From the NCBI GenBank assembly GCA_963713855.1, contig OY970209.1, positions 288,001 through 352,000 of the forward strand: DNA of 64,000 bases. Direction: 5' to 3'. The notes under the pieces are model-generated. The model saw nothing but the letters and a program-made list of their open reading frames with translations, was not told where the DNA came from and did no database searches. Source of the DNA: an uncultured bacterium. GTDB lineage: Bacteria; Babelota; Babeliae; Babelales; Babelaceae. Shown in pieces: positions 42,226 through 52,372 of the stretch; the stretch's first letter is position 1, and every line of letters starts with the position of its first letter. A program made the translations under genes and the position numbers.

Positions 42226-42540
42226 ATGAATTCAAAGCATTTTAGATTTTTAGGTGGCTTATTGCTAGCTTTTAGTGTTTGCGCGCAAGCAAGAGAACAC
42301 GAAGAAACTAGCGGGCGGCGTGAAAGACGAAACTCGGACGAGCGACGTAACGAACGTGGCAGAGCTTTGTACAGGCGAAACTGGACCATCATTCTTGACG
42401 CTCTTGAGCGCTGCGGAATGAGAGAAAATAGCGCAGCCGTGCGTATTGCAAGAAACCATCTAAGAGCAGCTTCAAGAGGTGAAAAAGAACACCGGCTCCA
42501 CGAAAAGAAAAGGGATGAGCGTAAGCACCGTGAGCTTTGA
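42226..42540 (+). CDS. Small secreted Arg-rich protein (paralog B)
   Basis: AAGGA RBS, signal peptide, WTIILDALERCGMRENS motif. Confidence 0.72.
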   Translation: MNSKHFRFLGGLLLAFSVCAQAREHEETSGRRERRNSDERRNERGRALYRRNWTIILDALERCGMRENSAAVRIARNHLRAASRGEKEHRLHEKKRDERKHREL

Positions 42541-42572
42541 GCTTTTAAAAAAGCATATATCCTTTCAAAAAG

Positions 42573-42923
42573 CTATCCTTTTTGTTGGACGAAAGATTCA
42601 AGCTGCTTGATGGTTAATCCGTTTCTATTAAGGTGCGTTATAGCAAGGCTGCTAAATTGCTCGGTTTTAAATAAACTGAAAAGACGAAGCATATGAGCAG
42701 CCGCACCTTTTCTCGCCTTAAAGTCAGCTTTTGGCCCTAAAAAAATGTTTAACTGGGACATGAAATCTCTATAAAGCGCACGGTCAGCACTCTGAGTTTT
42801 AAGCTCTAAAGCCTCTTTCATATGAGCTTCTTTCTTATTAAGCTCATGCTGGGGCTGTCCTGTACTCTCGTTAACTAGAACAGCAATCAATAGTAGCCCT
42901 AGAGTAGCTATTCGTGCATTCAT
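42573..42923 (-). CDS. Small secreted hypothetical protein
   Basis: ATG 42923 after AGGGA; hydrophobic N-terminus. Confidence 0.6.
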   Translation of the reverse strand: MNARIATLGLLLIAVLVNESTGQPQHELNKKEAHMKEALELKTQSADRALYRDFMSQLNIFLGPKADFKARKGAAAHMLRLFSLFKTEQFSSLAITHLNRNGLTIKQLESFVQQKG

Positions 42924-43051
42924 GGTTATTTCCCTTTTGCATTTTAAATTATCCACTCTAGCATAGTAGGCGAATATCCTCGAAGACAATACTTAATGCA
43001 AAATAGGACATTATGCAGCACCATAGCGGCAAAATATACTCTTAAAGTCGA

Positions 43052-45607
43052 TTATTTACCGCAACATTTTTTATACTTTTTACCAGAGCCGCAGGGGCAT
43101 ACCTCGTTCCTGCCTACACGATCGCTTTTTGCCGCGGTATCATCGGCATCAACGGAACCCTCGGCCCCTTTCATATTCATCTGCTCCATTTCAAGCTCGC
43201 GCTTTTGCTCAAGCTCGTATTGGTCAAATCGGTCAAGATTCAGGTGGAAAATATTGAACGAAATCTCATACCCAATAGCACTCATCATTTCCTTAAACAT
43301 GCTAAAGGCTTCTCTTTTATACTCAAGAAGCGGGTTTTTTTGCCCCCAGCTTCTAAGTCCAATACCTTCTTTTAAATGGTCAAGGTTAAGCATGTGCTGC
43401 TTCCAAGCGGTATCTATCGCTTCTAAAACAACCCATTTTTGAGCCTCGTTAAAAAGAGCAGCCTTGGTCATACCAGCAGTTTGGGCAGCCGTTTCTTCGG
43501 GCAAGATTGCTTTATAGCGATTACTTAAAAAGTGGGTCATACTGTCAAGTAAGCGATCAATACTACGAGCATGCGATCTAGCATTTTCTAAAGACGCCGC
43601 TGGTACATTAGCAAGTGAACTGACCGATGCAACGATCGAGTCAATAGCTTCCTCGTTGAGCTTGTTGTTAGAAACATGTGTTGCAAATATATGCTCAACG
43701 GCTGTATTTACCTGGTCGTTAACAACGTGAATAACGTGCTCTTTACCTTCTAAAGCGTAACGGCGGTATTTGTAGATAACCATGCGTTGCTGATTTAAAA
43801 CATCGTCATATTCAAGAAGATGTTTACGGGATTCAAAGTTTTGTTTTTCAAGCTTTTCCTGCGCGTTTTCTATGATGCGGGATATAAAGCGAGATTCGAT
43901 AACTTCATCCTCTTTCATCCCTAAGCGATCCATATTGTTTTTAAGGTTATCACCAGCAAAAATTCGAATAAGATCGTCTTCAAGAGAAATGTAAAAGCGA
44001 GATTCACCCGGATCACCTTGACGACCAGAACGTCCTCGAAGCTGATTGTCTATACGCCTACTTTCGTGACGCTCCGTACCGAGAATGTATAAGCCACCGA
44101 CTGCTCGCGCTTCAGGCGTAAGCTTAATGTCCGTTCCTCTACCCGCCATGTTAGTAGCTATGGTAACACGTCCTTCACCTGCGTGCTGGATAATATCAGC
44201 TTCGCGAGCGTGGTTCTTTGCATTCAAAACCTCATGGGGAATAGAATGGGCGTTTAAGATTGTGCTTAAAAGCTCTGACGTTTCGATAGAGATAGTACCA
44301 ATAAGAACCGGCTGTCCTTTTTTGTGGCGCTCTTCCACATCCTTCGCAATCGCTTTATATTTAGCCGCCTTTGTCAAGAAAATGACGTCATTTTTGTCAT
44401 CGCGAATCATACGTTGATTAGTTGGAATTGAAACAACGTCAAGCTTATAAATTTTCCAGAATTCTTCAGCTTCCGTTGCAGCAGTACCTGTCATACCAGC
44501 TAATGTGGTATAGAGCCTGAAGAAATTTTGAAGCGTTATAGAAGCAAGTGTCTGGCTTTCTCGCTCAATGGTAACGCCTTCTTTGGCCTCCAAAGCCTGG
44601 TGAAGCCCATCACTATAGCGACGGCCGGGAAGTATTCTACCCGTAAACTCGTCGACAATGAGCACTTGGTCATCCTTAACAACGTAATCGACATCGCGCT
44701 TATAGAGCGCATGAGCACGTAAAGCTTGATTGACATGATGTAAAAGTTTCAGATTCTCTATGTAGTAAAGATTCTGAATACCAAATGCTGCCTCTACCTT
44801 ATCAATCGCGCCCTCGGTCATCTGCACCGATCTCATTTTTTCATCTATATCGTAATCTGTAGTCTTTTGAAAGTGCTTAACAACGTTATCGACGTCTGCG
44901 TAAAGGCGACTGCTTTCCTCAGAAGGTCCAGAAATAATAAGCGGGGTACGAGCTTCATCGATCAAAATCGAGTCAACTTCATCAACGATCGCAAAAGAAA
45001 GATCTCTTTGCACGTAATCCTCGAGCCTAAACTTCATATTATCTCTCAGATAATCAAAGCCGAGCTCATTGTTGGTAGCGTACACGATATCAGAAGCATA
45101 CACTTCTTTGCGCTCGCGATCGGACATCCAGTTTTGTAAGCAACCTACACGAAGCCCAAGCGCTTGATAAATTACACCCATCCATTCAGCATCACGACGA
45201 GCCAAATAGTCGTTAACGGTAACAAGATGCGAGCTTTTTCCTGTAAGAGCATTAAGATACAAGGGCAACGTCGCAGTCAAGGTTTTACCCTCACCGGTCT
45301 TCATCTCAGCGATTTTACCCTCATGAAGGACGATGCCACCCATAAGCTGGACATCAAAATGGCGCTGCCCAAGCTTACGTTTAGCTGTTTCACGCACAAC
45401 GGCAAATGCCTCTGGCAAAATATCATCTAAGGGACAGCCCCTATCTAATCTCTCTTTAAATTCTTGCGTCTTCTGAGCTAATTCCTGATCGGTCAAGGGA
45501 GCAATACGAGGCTCAAGGCTATTAATTAGCCGCACCGTATTTTCGAGCCTTTTAAGCTTGCGATCATTTGCTGTTCCAAAAACTTTTGCTAAAAGCCGTG
45601 CAATCAT
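43052..45607 (-). CDS. secA: Preprotein translocase ATPase SecA
   Basis: MKTGEGKT, DEVDSILIDEARTPLIISG, QLRGRSGRQGDPG, C-terminal SEC-C motif CPCGSGKKYKKCC. Confidence 0.98.
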   Translation of the reverse strand: MIARLLAKVFGTANDRKLKRLENTVRLINSLEPRIAPLTDQELAQKTQEFKERLDRGCPLDDILPEAFAVVRETAKRKLGQRHFDVQLMGGIVLHEGKIAEMKTGEGKTLTATLPLYLNALTGKSSHLVTVNDYLARRDAEWMGVIYQALGLRVGCLQNWMSDRERKEVYASDIVYATNNELGFDYLRDNMKFRLEDYVQRDLSFAIVDEVDSILIDEARTPLIISGPSEESSRLYADVDNVVKHFQKTTDYDIDEKMRSVQMTEGAIDKVEAAFGIQNLYYIENLKLLHHVNQALRAHALYKRDVDYVVKDDQVLIVDEFTGRILPGRRYSDGLHQALEAKEGVTIERESQTLASITLQNFFRLYTTLAGMTGTAATEAEEFWKIYKLDVVSIPTNQRMIRDDKNDVIFLTKAAKYKAIAKDVEERHKKGQPVLIGTISIETSELLSTILNAHSIPHEVLNAKNHAREADIIQHAGEGRVTIATNMAGRGTDIKLTPEARAVGGLYILGTERHESRRIDNQLRGRSGRQGDPGESRFYISLEDDLIRIFAGDNLKNNMDRLGMKEDEVIESRFISRIIENAQEKLEKQNFESRKHLLEYDDVLNQQRMVIYKYRRYALEGKEHVIHVVNDQVNTAVEHIFATHVSNNKLNEEAIDSIVASVSSLANVPAASLENARSHARSIDRLLDSMTHFLSNRYKAILPEETAAQTAGMTKAALFNEAQKWVVLEAIDTAWKQHMLNLDHLKEGIGLRSWGQKNPLLEYKREAFSMFKEMMSAIGYEISFNIFHLNLDRFDQYELEQKRELEMEQMNMKGAEGSVDADDTAAKSDRVGRNEVCPCGSGKKYKKCCGK

Positions 45608-45844
45608 TCCAAAACCCTTATATCTTATCTTTACATGAGAGAGTATATACCATCCCTTACTAAAGCAGAAGAAATCGCTTAAAAAAGGAAGGACGCTTAC
45701 ATTACTCCATCAAAAAAATCTGTAATAACTCGCATTACCCTGCGAATGCTATTATGTATACAATAGCAAAAAAACGACTTGCCGTCTATCTAATAGGCAT
45801 TATCCAATCGACCATTTTGCCACATGATGCGCCAAAATTACCAC

Positions 45845-46567
45845 CTATCTAAGCGCTGCTATGGTAATCTGGCGTAATCCGTCAGAGCCTTCCCGGCGGT
45901 GCGAACAAAACGAGACATCGCAAATAGTGCAAGCGCTATAGTGAGTGTGAATGGCCGGTCTTGAAATTCCGTATTCTAAAAGCTGGAGTATATTAAAAAG
46001 AGGAAGATCAAAAAAAACCTCATTTTGGCGCTGATAAAGTACCTGGTCAGCAAAAGAAAAAGCACTTACAGCATTGATGACATCTTCTTTAATTGTGTAA
46101 CAACAAGCTTTTGCAGAAGGACCAAGAAAGATGCGTATTGAGTCCATGCGCACGGGAAAATGACTTAAAAGTGCCTCAAGCATAACAATTGCTATTTTTT
46201 GAACGGATCCAAGCCATCCGGCATGGGCAATTCCAACGATGTGCAAATGGGGATCATAGACGATAATTGGAAGACAATCCCCCGAGATGACCGCGATACC
46301 CACTCCTGGAAGAGTGCTTATAAGATAATCACCATCGGCAGGATCTGATGCAAGAAGCTGAAGATCTTTCCGGGTTTTCAAGATTTTTCCTTGAGTGCCA
46401 TGCACCTGTTTTAGCGTCACAACACTGTGCATCCCCATGAGCTGACCAGCAAGCTTAAAAAAGGGATAGTCTGGCTCATCAAGCACTCCCGTAAAGGTAT
46501 GCCTTGGAAAAGCAGTCTTTTTGTCACCCCAATAGATAGAAAAAAGAGGCTCGCTATGAAATAGCAT
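45845..46567 (-). CDS. pgeF: Peptidoglycan editing factor / YfiH purine nucleoside phosphorylase family
   Basis: QVHG, GDCLPI, AHAGW, GPSAKACCY, SHRR. Confidence 0.9.
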   Translation of the reverse strand: MLFHSEPLFSIYWGDKKTAFPRHTFTGVLDEPDYPFFKLAGQLMGMHSVVTLKQVHGTQGKILKTRKDLQLLASDPADGDYLISTLPGVGIAVISGDCLPIIVYDPHLHIVGIAHAGWLGSVQKIAIVMLEALLSHFPVRMDSIRIFLGPSAKACCYTIKEDVINAVSAFSFADQVLYQRQNEVFFDLPLFNILQLLEYGISRPAIHTHYSACTICDVSFCSHRREGSDGLRQITIAALR

Positions 46568-46671
46568 GTGCTCCTTTGCTCGCTCTTAAGCTGTTTGCCG
46601 AGTTTAACGTTTTTTAATACAATAACATTAAGTAGCTAATAATCCAATAAATAAGGGGCAATTCTAAACGC

Positions 46672-47559
46672 ATGTTTAGCTTCATCAAAGAAAAACTCGG
46701 TAAAATTTACGCAACCTTGACATCAAAACTCGGCTCTCTTTTTGCCAAAAGCACTATTGATAAAGGCACGCTCAAAGAGCTAGAGCGCATTTTACTCGAA
46801 GCAGATACGGGAGTACCTACAACCCGATTTCTCATTGACACCCTTTTACACGAGACAGTAAAAGGTGCTATTCGCACAGGTGATCAACTTAAAAACTCAC
46901 TGAGTGCCCACCTTAAAGCCCTTCTTACAACATGTTCTTATAGTTCAGATGAACGAATTTTTATGCTTGTCGGCGTCAATGGTACTGGAAAGACGACTTT
47001 TGCCGGAAAGCTTGCAACATTGTATAAGAATCAAGGTAAAAAAGTGCTGATAGCAGCAGCTGATACCTTTCGTGCCGCCGCAGTAGAGCAACTATCTATC
47101 CTCGCAGATCGAAGTGGAATTACTTGTACTTCTGGTACAGAAGGCAGTGATCCGGCGTCAGTCGTTTACAGCGCGTTAAAAAAATATAACGATGAAAAAT
47201 ATGACATACTTATTATCGATACAGCTGGACGACTTCAAAACAAAGTTAATCTCATGCGCGAGCTTGAAAAGGTAAGAAAAGTCATAGAAAAACAAGCACC
47301 AAACAAAAAACTTACCACCCTGTTAACTATAGATTCGCTTCTTGGTCAAAACTCGCTCGACCAAGCGCATCTTTTTAATCAAGCTGCAAAACTTGATGGT
47401 ATCGTGTTAACAAAGATGGATGGTACGGGAAAAGGTGGTATTGTATTTGCAATATGCAAGGAAGTTGGTGTTCCTGTAGCATATCTGTCGTACGGCGAGC
47501 AAATTGATCAGATAAAGCGATTTGATGCAAATGAATATGTTAATGAATTACTTGAGTAG
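46672..47559 (+). CDS. ftsY: SRP receptor FtsY (NG domain only)
   Basis: GVNGTGKTT, DTFRAAA, DTAGR, TKMDGTGKGG. Confidence 0.97.
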   Translation: MFSFIKEKLGKIYATLTSKLGSLFAKSTIDKGTLKELERILLEADTGVPTTRFLIDTLLHETVKGAIRTGDQLKNSLSAHLKALLTTCSYSSDERIFMLVGVNGTGKTTFAGKLATLYKNQGKKVLIAAADTFRAAAVEQLSILADRSGITCTSGTEGSDPASVVYSALKKYNDEKYDILIIDTAGRLQNKVNLMRELEKVRKVIEKQAPNKKLTTLLTIDSLLGQNSLDQAHLFNQAAKLDGIVLTKMDGTGKGGIVFAICKEVGVPVAYLSYGEQIDQIKRFDANEYVNELLE

Positions 47560-47562
47560 CCG

Positions 47563-48462
47563 TTGAAAAATGTTTTTTTACAAAAACTTTTAAAAACTAC
47601 AACCGACCACCTGCAGCCACTATACCGTGACACTCGAGTAGCTCGAGACCACGCGTGGTATATCATCGAGCATTGTACTAAAAAAAATAAAACTGAGCTT
47701 TTATCCTCTCCGCCCCATAAATTGACCTTCCACGAGCAGAATCTTTTAGAAAAAGTGCTCAATAACATGGTTGAGCACCGAATGCCGATCGCCTATGCTT
47801 TGGGATCGGTACCATTTCTGTCTTTAGACATCACTATTTATCCTCCCATCCTTATACCACGACCAGACACCGAGTATTGGTGCGCTATGGTCATAAAAGA
47901 GGTTGAGCCTCTTATAAAAAAAGCCACAGCAGATAACCCTTTTATCGTTTTAGACCTTTGCACTGGATCAGGATGTATTGCACTTAGCATAGCGAATCAT
48001 TTTTGCAAAAATGCAGTGCGTGTCGTTGGGGTTGATATATCTGAAGTTGCACTTTCGTGCGCAGCTTTGAATGCTCAAAAACTTTCGCTTAATAATTGCA
48101 CCTTTATTAGAAGCGACATTTACCAAAGTCTTCCAAAAGGGTTTAAGGCTGATCTTATAGTTGCAAACCCTCCCTACATTGACGAATACGAATATCAAAA
48201 ACTTGAACCGGAAGTACGCCTCTGGGAAGATAAACAAGCACTTGTCGCAAAAGAAGGTGGATATGCGATTATCGGGCAAATTGCTCAAAAAGCAAAACAG
48301 TTTTTAAGAAACACTCACGGCTATGGAAAACTTTGGTGCGAGATCGGCGCGCATCAAAAAAAAGGTGCTACCTCCATTTTTAAAGAGTTCGGCCTTGACA
48401 ATAGCCAGATTATTAAGGACATTGCAGGAAGAGATCGCGTTATAAAAGCAAAGGGAGCGTAG
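47563..48462 (+). CDS. prmC: Release factor glutamine methyltransferase
   Basis: PIAYALG, LIPRPDTE, LDLCTGSGCIA, NPPY. Confidence 0.95.
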   Translation: MKNVFLQKLLKTTTDHLQPLYRDTRVARDHAWYIIEHCTKKNKTELLSSPPHKLTFHEQNLLEKVLNNMVEHRMPIAYALGSVPFLSLDITIYPPILIPRPDTEYWCAMVIKEVEPLIKKATADNPFIVLDLCTGSGCIALSIANHFCKNAVRVVGVDISEVALSCAALNAQKLSLNNCTFIRSDIYQSLPKGFKADLIVANPPYIDEYEYQKLEPEVRLWEDKQALVAKEGGYAIIGQIAQKAKQFLRNTHGYGKLWCEIGAHQKKGATSIFKEFGLDNSQIIKDIAGRDRVIKAKGA

Positions 48463-48466
48463 AGAT

Positions 48467-49006
48467 ATGAAAGCACCTACATTCGGACTAGTCGTACAAG
48501 AAAAGAAGCTTGGCCTCATCGCCTGGCGTGCCGATGGGCATGAGCTAGACCAACAATGGCTCACGCTAGATAATATGGAGATAGATAGGCTTATTATCTT
48601 TAAACCAGCGCTTTTAGCACCACTTATTACGTCATTCATACACCGTTTTTCGCACGCTGACGACAGCCCATGCATTATTACCTTGGATGGCCCAGGTATC
48701 AGTGAAAACGTGCATCAGGAAATACCTGAAATGGTAGATATTGGTTATGCTTGGAACTTCTACCCTCTTGGAAAACGTTGGTACGGTTCTGGTATACCGT
48801 TTTGGCTCAGGGCGCAATATCAATTACTCGCATTAAGGTTACCCGTTAAACTTATTGGAGTTACAAGCCTAAGAGCAGTTTATACATCGCTGTATCAGGA
48901 AAACAATTCAAGCACCGACATGCAACACATGCTTGCTTTGTTGAGGGAATCTATGGATCAAAATTCGTCATACAGTAAAGCCCTCTACACTCCTGCAACG
49001 CTTTAA
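48467..49006 (+). CDS. Hypothetical protein, possible truncated PilM-like
   Basis: Lies immediately upstream of the pilN-like gene; GIPFWLRAQYQLLALRLPVKLIGVTS loosely resembles a PilM core segment. Confidence 0.4.
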   Translation: MKAPTFGLVVQEKKLGLIAWRADGHELDQQWLTLDNMEIDRLIIFKPALLAPLITSFIHRFSHADDSPCIITLDGPGISENVHQEIPEMVDIGYAWNFYPLGKRWYGSGIPFWLRAQYQLLALRLPVKLIGVTSLRAVYTSLYQENNSSTDMQHMLALLRESMDQNSSYSKALYTPATL

Positions 49007-49012
49007 GGTCGA

Positions 49013-49534
49013 TTGCTCATGCATGTAGCCAACGATCACGAGCGTGAACATATCGCGCTATCTAAATGGTATAAGCACTCCTGTGTGCTCCTTTCAAGCA
49101 CACTCTTTGGCATCGTCGCTCTATACATGCTCAAAGCGTACAAAACTCCTGTGGTATACGCGTTTAAAGAACGAAAGAATGAGCTTGAAGAAGCATGCCA
49201 GGAATTAAAAAATGAACGCTGTAAAGAAATGGCGCGCAACCAGACGTATACACGATACCTTCAAACGCATACTAAAAGACACGCCGCTCTACTACATTAT
49301 CTTGAAAGCATCGCGGCTATATTGCCGCCCGACGTCCGACTAGATAAATTCGAGCTTCAAAACTCAGTTTTAAAACTAAAAGGTACCGCTCTTTTGCCAA
49401 AGAGCTTGACGACCTTTTTTAAACGTTTAAGATATGAAGCAGCACAACGACAAGATACTATAACTGAAATAAAGAAGAAAAATAATCAAGGCAAGGATCC
49501 TTCCTTTGCCATCACCCTAAGAATTACTCTTTAA
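49013..49534 (+). CDS. PilN-like type IV pilus alignment protein
   Basis: TM, coiled coil, then LESIAAILPPDVRLDKFELQNSVLKLKGTA, a typical PilN core. Confidence 0.75.
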   Translation: MLMHVANDHEREHIALSKWYKHSCVLLSSTLFGIVALYMLKAYKTPVVYAFKERKNELEEACQELKNERCKEMARNQTYTRYLQTHTKRHAALLHYLESIAAILPPDVRLDKFELQNSVLKLKGTALLPKSLTTFFKRLRYEAAQRQDTITEIKKKNNQGKDPSFAITLRITL

Positions 49535-49543
49535 AGCGACTGT

Positions 49544-51382
49544 ATGGCTAAAATCAAATTATTGTCTCCGTTAGAAATACGAAAGATAGCTGCGGGTGAA
49601 GTTATTGAGCGTCCTTCAAATGTTATTAAAGAGCTTATAGAAAATGCAATAGACGCAGAATCCACGGCAATTACGCTCTATATTGAGCATGGCGGAAAAA
49701 CGCTCATAAGGGTTATAGATGATGGTTGCGGCATGTCCCCTGAAGATGCTCGTTTGAGTATTGTGCATCATGCAACGAGTAAGATTACCAATCTTGAAGA
49801 CCTTCAGGCTTTGAGTACGTTTGGTTTTAGGGGGGAGGCTTTATCAAGCATAGCTTCGGTAAGCCGCTTTAGCCTTAAAACGCGTGAGGCCCATACGATG
49901 GAGGGTATTGAGCTTACCGTTGAGGATGGTCAGATCAGAGAAGAAAAGCTCTGCGCATGCGCTAAAGGCACTGACATAACAGTTGCAGACCTTTTTTACA
50001 ACATGCCTGCAAGGAAGAAGTTTCTCAAAGCGGATGAAACAGAACTTAGAACAATAGTACATCTCGTACAGGCCTTTGCACTTTGTTATGAAGATCGTGC
50101 ATTTAAAATGTATCATAATCAAAAGCTCATCCTTCAATGCCAACCCGCTCAAAGCCTTGAAGCAAGGCTACCCATGCTCTATGAAGAGCTTTTTGTTAAA
50201 GCAATTATACCTTGCGCAAATAAAGATCCCCAGGGCATTGTTTTTGCAGGAGCTATTAGTAATCAGCACTACATACGGTATGATCGCAACCAAATGTACC
50301 TCTTTGTAAATAAGCGATGGATCAAAAACCCTAAGCTTACGCATGCTTTTATCAAAGGATATGACGGGGTTTTACCGGCAGGTCGCTACCCAGCTGGAAG
50401 CATTTTTATTACTATCGATCCGACGCAGGTTGATATTAACGTGCACCCGCGAAAAGAAGAGGTGCAATTTTTACACCCTCGACGCCTTGAAATTGCGCTT
50501 GAGGAACTTGTACGCACCACATTAACAAAACATACAAGCGGTTCCATAGGAAATTCTTATACCGCCTACGCACCACTGCAAAGTGTTTATAAAGAACCAG
50601 TTACATTGCCACCAACAAGTCCTGAAGCTGCAGTTTTAGTACATGATAATCTTCATAAGGGCATTATGTTCAAGACCTCAGAGATTCTCGAGCCTGTTGG
50701 ACAAGAATCCGTCGAAGTATTTAACGCAGCTCTTACAAAAGCTCTATCAGACACTGCTGAAGTGCCTAAAACAGAGTTTAAGCAAACGACGAGCTCGGAA
50801 AATGCTTTTCGCATTCTCGGTCAACTTAAAGCAACGTATATCCTTATTGAAAACGGAGACGGGCTCGTTCTTGTTGACCAGCATGCTGCTCACGAACGAA
50901 TTTTGTACGAGCTCTTTGAAAAAAGATTTTCAGAAGTTTCCGTTGTTCCTCTCCTGTTTCCTCCACTTTTAAGCTTTGCAACTGATGAAGCTTCTATGCT
51001 GGCTCAATGCATTCCCTTCTTAGCAGATTACGGAATAGAGCTTTATGAAAGCGGGAATAACCAATATCTTGTAAAAACTCTTCCGGTCGTTCTTAAAAAT
51101 GTGGATATAAACCATTTTATTCGCTCTTTTATAGCCTCGAACCATGAAGCCGATGATAAAGAAATGGGCGGCTTTACGCAGTCACTCCACCATGCTCTCC
51201 GCGCTCAAATGGCATGCAAAGCGGCCGTAAAAGCAGGTGATACACTTACTCATGAACATATGCTCGAACTTATTACATCACTAAACACTGTTCAACACCG
51301 CTTTACCTGTCCCCATGGACGGCCAACTTCATGGAACATTGGCTTATCTGAAATCGAGAGAAAATTTAAAAGAAAGCTATAA
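49544..51382 (+). CDS. mutL: DNA mismatch repair endonuclease MutL
   Basis: IAAGEVIERP, GFRGEAL, DQHAAHER, ACK and CPHGRP endonuclease motifs. Confidence 0.98.
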   Translation: MAKIKLLSPLEIRKIAAGEVIERPSNVIKELIENAIDAESTAITLYIEHGGKTLIRVIDDGCGMSPEDARLSIVHHATSKITNLEDLQALSTFGFRGEALSSIASVSRFSLKTREAHTMEGIELTVEDGQIREEKLCACAKGTDITVADLFYNMPARKKFLKADETELRTIVHLVQAFALCYEDRAFKMYHNQKLILQCQPAQSLEARLPMLYEELFVKAIIPCANKDPQGIVFAGAISNQHYIRYDRNQMYLFVNKRWIKNPKLTHAFIKGYDGVLPAGRYPAGSIFITIDPTQVDINVHPRKEEVQFLHPRRLEIALEELVRTTLTKHTSGSIGNSYTAYAPLQSVYKEPVTLPPTSPEAAVLVHDNLHKGIMFKTSEILEPVGQESVEVFNAALTKALSDTAEVPKTEFKQTTSSENAFRILGQLKATYILIENGDGLVLVDQHAAHERILYELFEKRFSEVSVVPLLFPPLLSFATDEASMLAQCIPFLADYGIELYESGNNQYLVKTLPVVLKNVDINHFIRSFIASNHEADDKEMGGFTQSLHHALRAQMACKAAVKAGDTLTHEHMLELITSLNTVQHRFTCPHGRPTSWNIGLSEIERKFKRKL

Positions 51383-51511
51383 AAGATATTTATTCAATAA
51401 ATAAATATACTTAATACTTGACTTTTATATATATGAATTTGCTAATATAAATTATAATAGTGTAGACAATGAAGAGAACGTTTAGTAAATAAATGTTGAG
51501 CAAGGAGTTTT

Positions 51512-51724
51512 TTGATGTCAGTTTTTTATCAGTTATTATTTGTTGGCTGCGCGTTAGTACTAAACTCGGTTTTACTTGCGCTTACGCCTCAGCAAGCATG
51601 TGTTAACGCACGAGAACACCAACTTTGTCGAGCTTCAGATCCATCGGGTCAAGACTTCTTCACTGGAACATGTAACCGTGATATGTCAGGTGCTCTTTTA
51701 TGCAAAGTAGTACCAGGCGATTAA
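51512..51724 (+). CDS. Secreted 4-Cys mini-protein 1
   Basis: AAGGAG RBS, signal peptide, C-x8-C-x14-C-x9-C. Confidence 0.7.
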   Translation: MMSVFYQLLFVGCALVLNSVLLALTPQQACVNAREHQLCRASDPSGQDFFTGTCNRDMSGALLCKVVPGD

Positions 51725-51746
51725 CTTTAAACTAAGGAAGATAGGA

Positions 51747-51965
51747 ATGAAAACTTTATATACAGCACTATTATTGATAGGATGCGCGCTCGTTCAAAAC
51801 TTAGCTTTTGCCGTTACACGGCAGGCGCCCACGCCCGAAGTTGCTTGCAGTAGCTCTCAAGCAGGTGATCCATGCACAGCTACACAAACACGTAACCCGT
51901 CCGTTGTCTTTCAGGGAAAATGTAGACAATTTGGCAGTGGTCTAGCATGTCAAGAACCGTATTAA
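51747..51965 (+). CDS. Secreted 4-Cys mini-protein 2
   Basis: AAGGA RBS, signal peptide similar to gene 1, C-x8-C-x15-C-x8-C. Confidence 0.72.
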   Translation: MKTLYTALLLIGCALVQNLAFAVTRQAPTPEVACSSSQAGDPCTATQTRNPSVVFQGKCRQFGSGLACQEPY

Positions 51966-51982
51966 TCGAGACGTGAATAACG

Positions 51983-52372
51983 ATGGGAAAAATTAGCTGC
52001 ACGCTCTTTGCGGCACTATGTCTAGGGTTTGCGTTGACAAAGGCAGACTCAAATCTACGAGTGATTGAGCCTTGTGTAAAGCCAAATACGAGTTGCATCT
52101 TGGGTTTTTCATGTAAACCGGGCGAGCCGTGTTCTATGGCAAAATTAAAAGGCTATTGCGATCAGCAAAATGAGTGCATAATCTTAAACGAGAGATGTTC
52201 GTCTGATCCACAGAGCAATATCGTAAACGGACGCTATATGCGCACTGCTGACGGTAGTATCGTGTGCGCTGTTGAGGGACAATCATGCAGCACAAATCCG
52301 CTTGATGCAAGTGCTGCTAAAGGCATTTACGAACTATCTCATTACGGTATGGTCTGCTCAACAAAAGGCTAG
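51983..52372 (+). CDS. Secreted 10-Cys protein
   Basis: Signal peptide; 10 Cys in the predicted mature part with an internal repeat. Confidence 0.7.
   Translation: MGKISCTLFAALCLGFALTKADSNLRVIEPCVKPNTSCILGFSCKPGEPCSMAKLKGYCDQQNECIILNERCSSDPQSNIVNGRYMRTADGSIVCAVEGQSCSTNPLDASAAKGIYELSHYGMVCSTKG

Noticed and set aside
42996..43442. 148-aa ORF antisense to secA, and the similar shadow ORFs inside lon, atpD, tyrS, valS, mutL and mdlC
   Set aside because: These are antisense or alternate-frame shadows of conserved genes without RBS or domain motifs.
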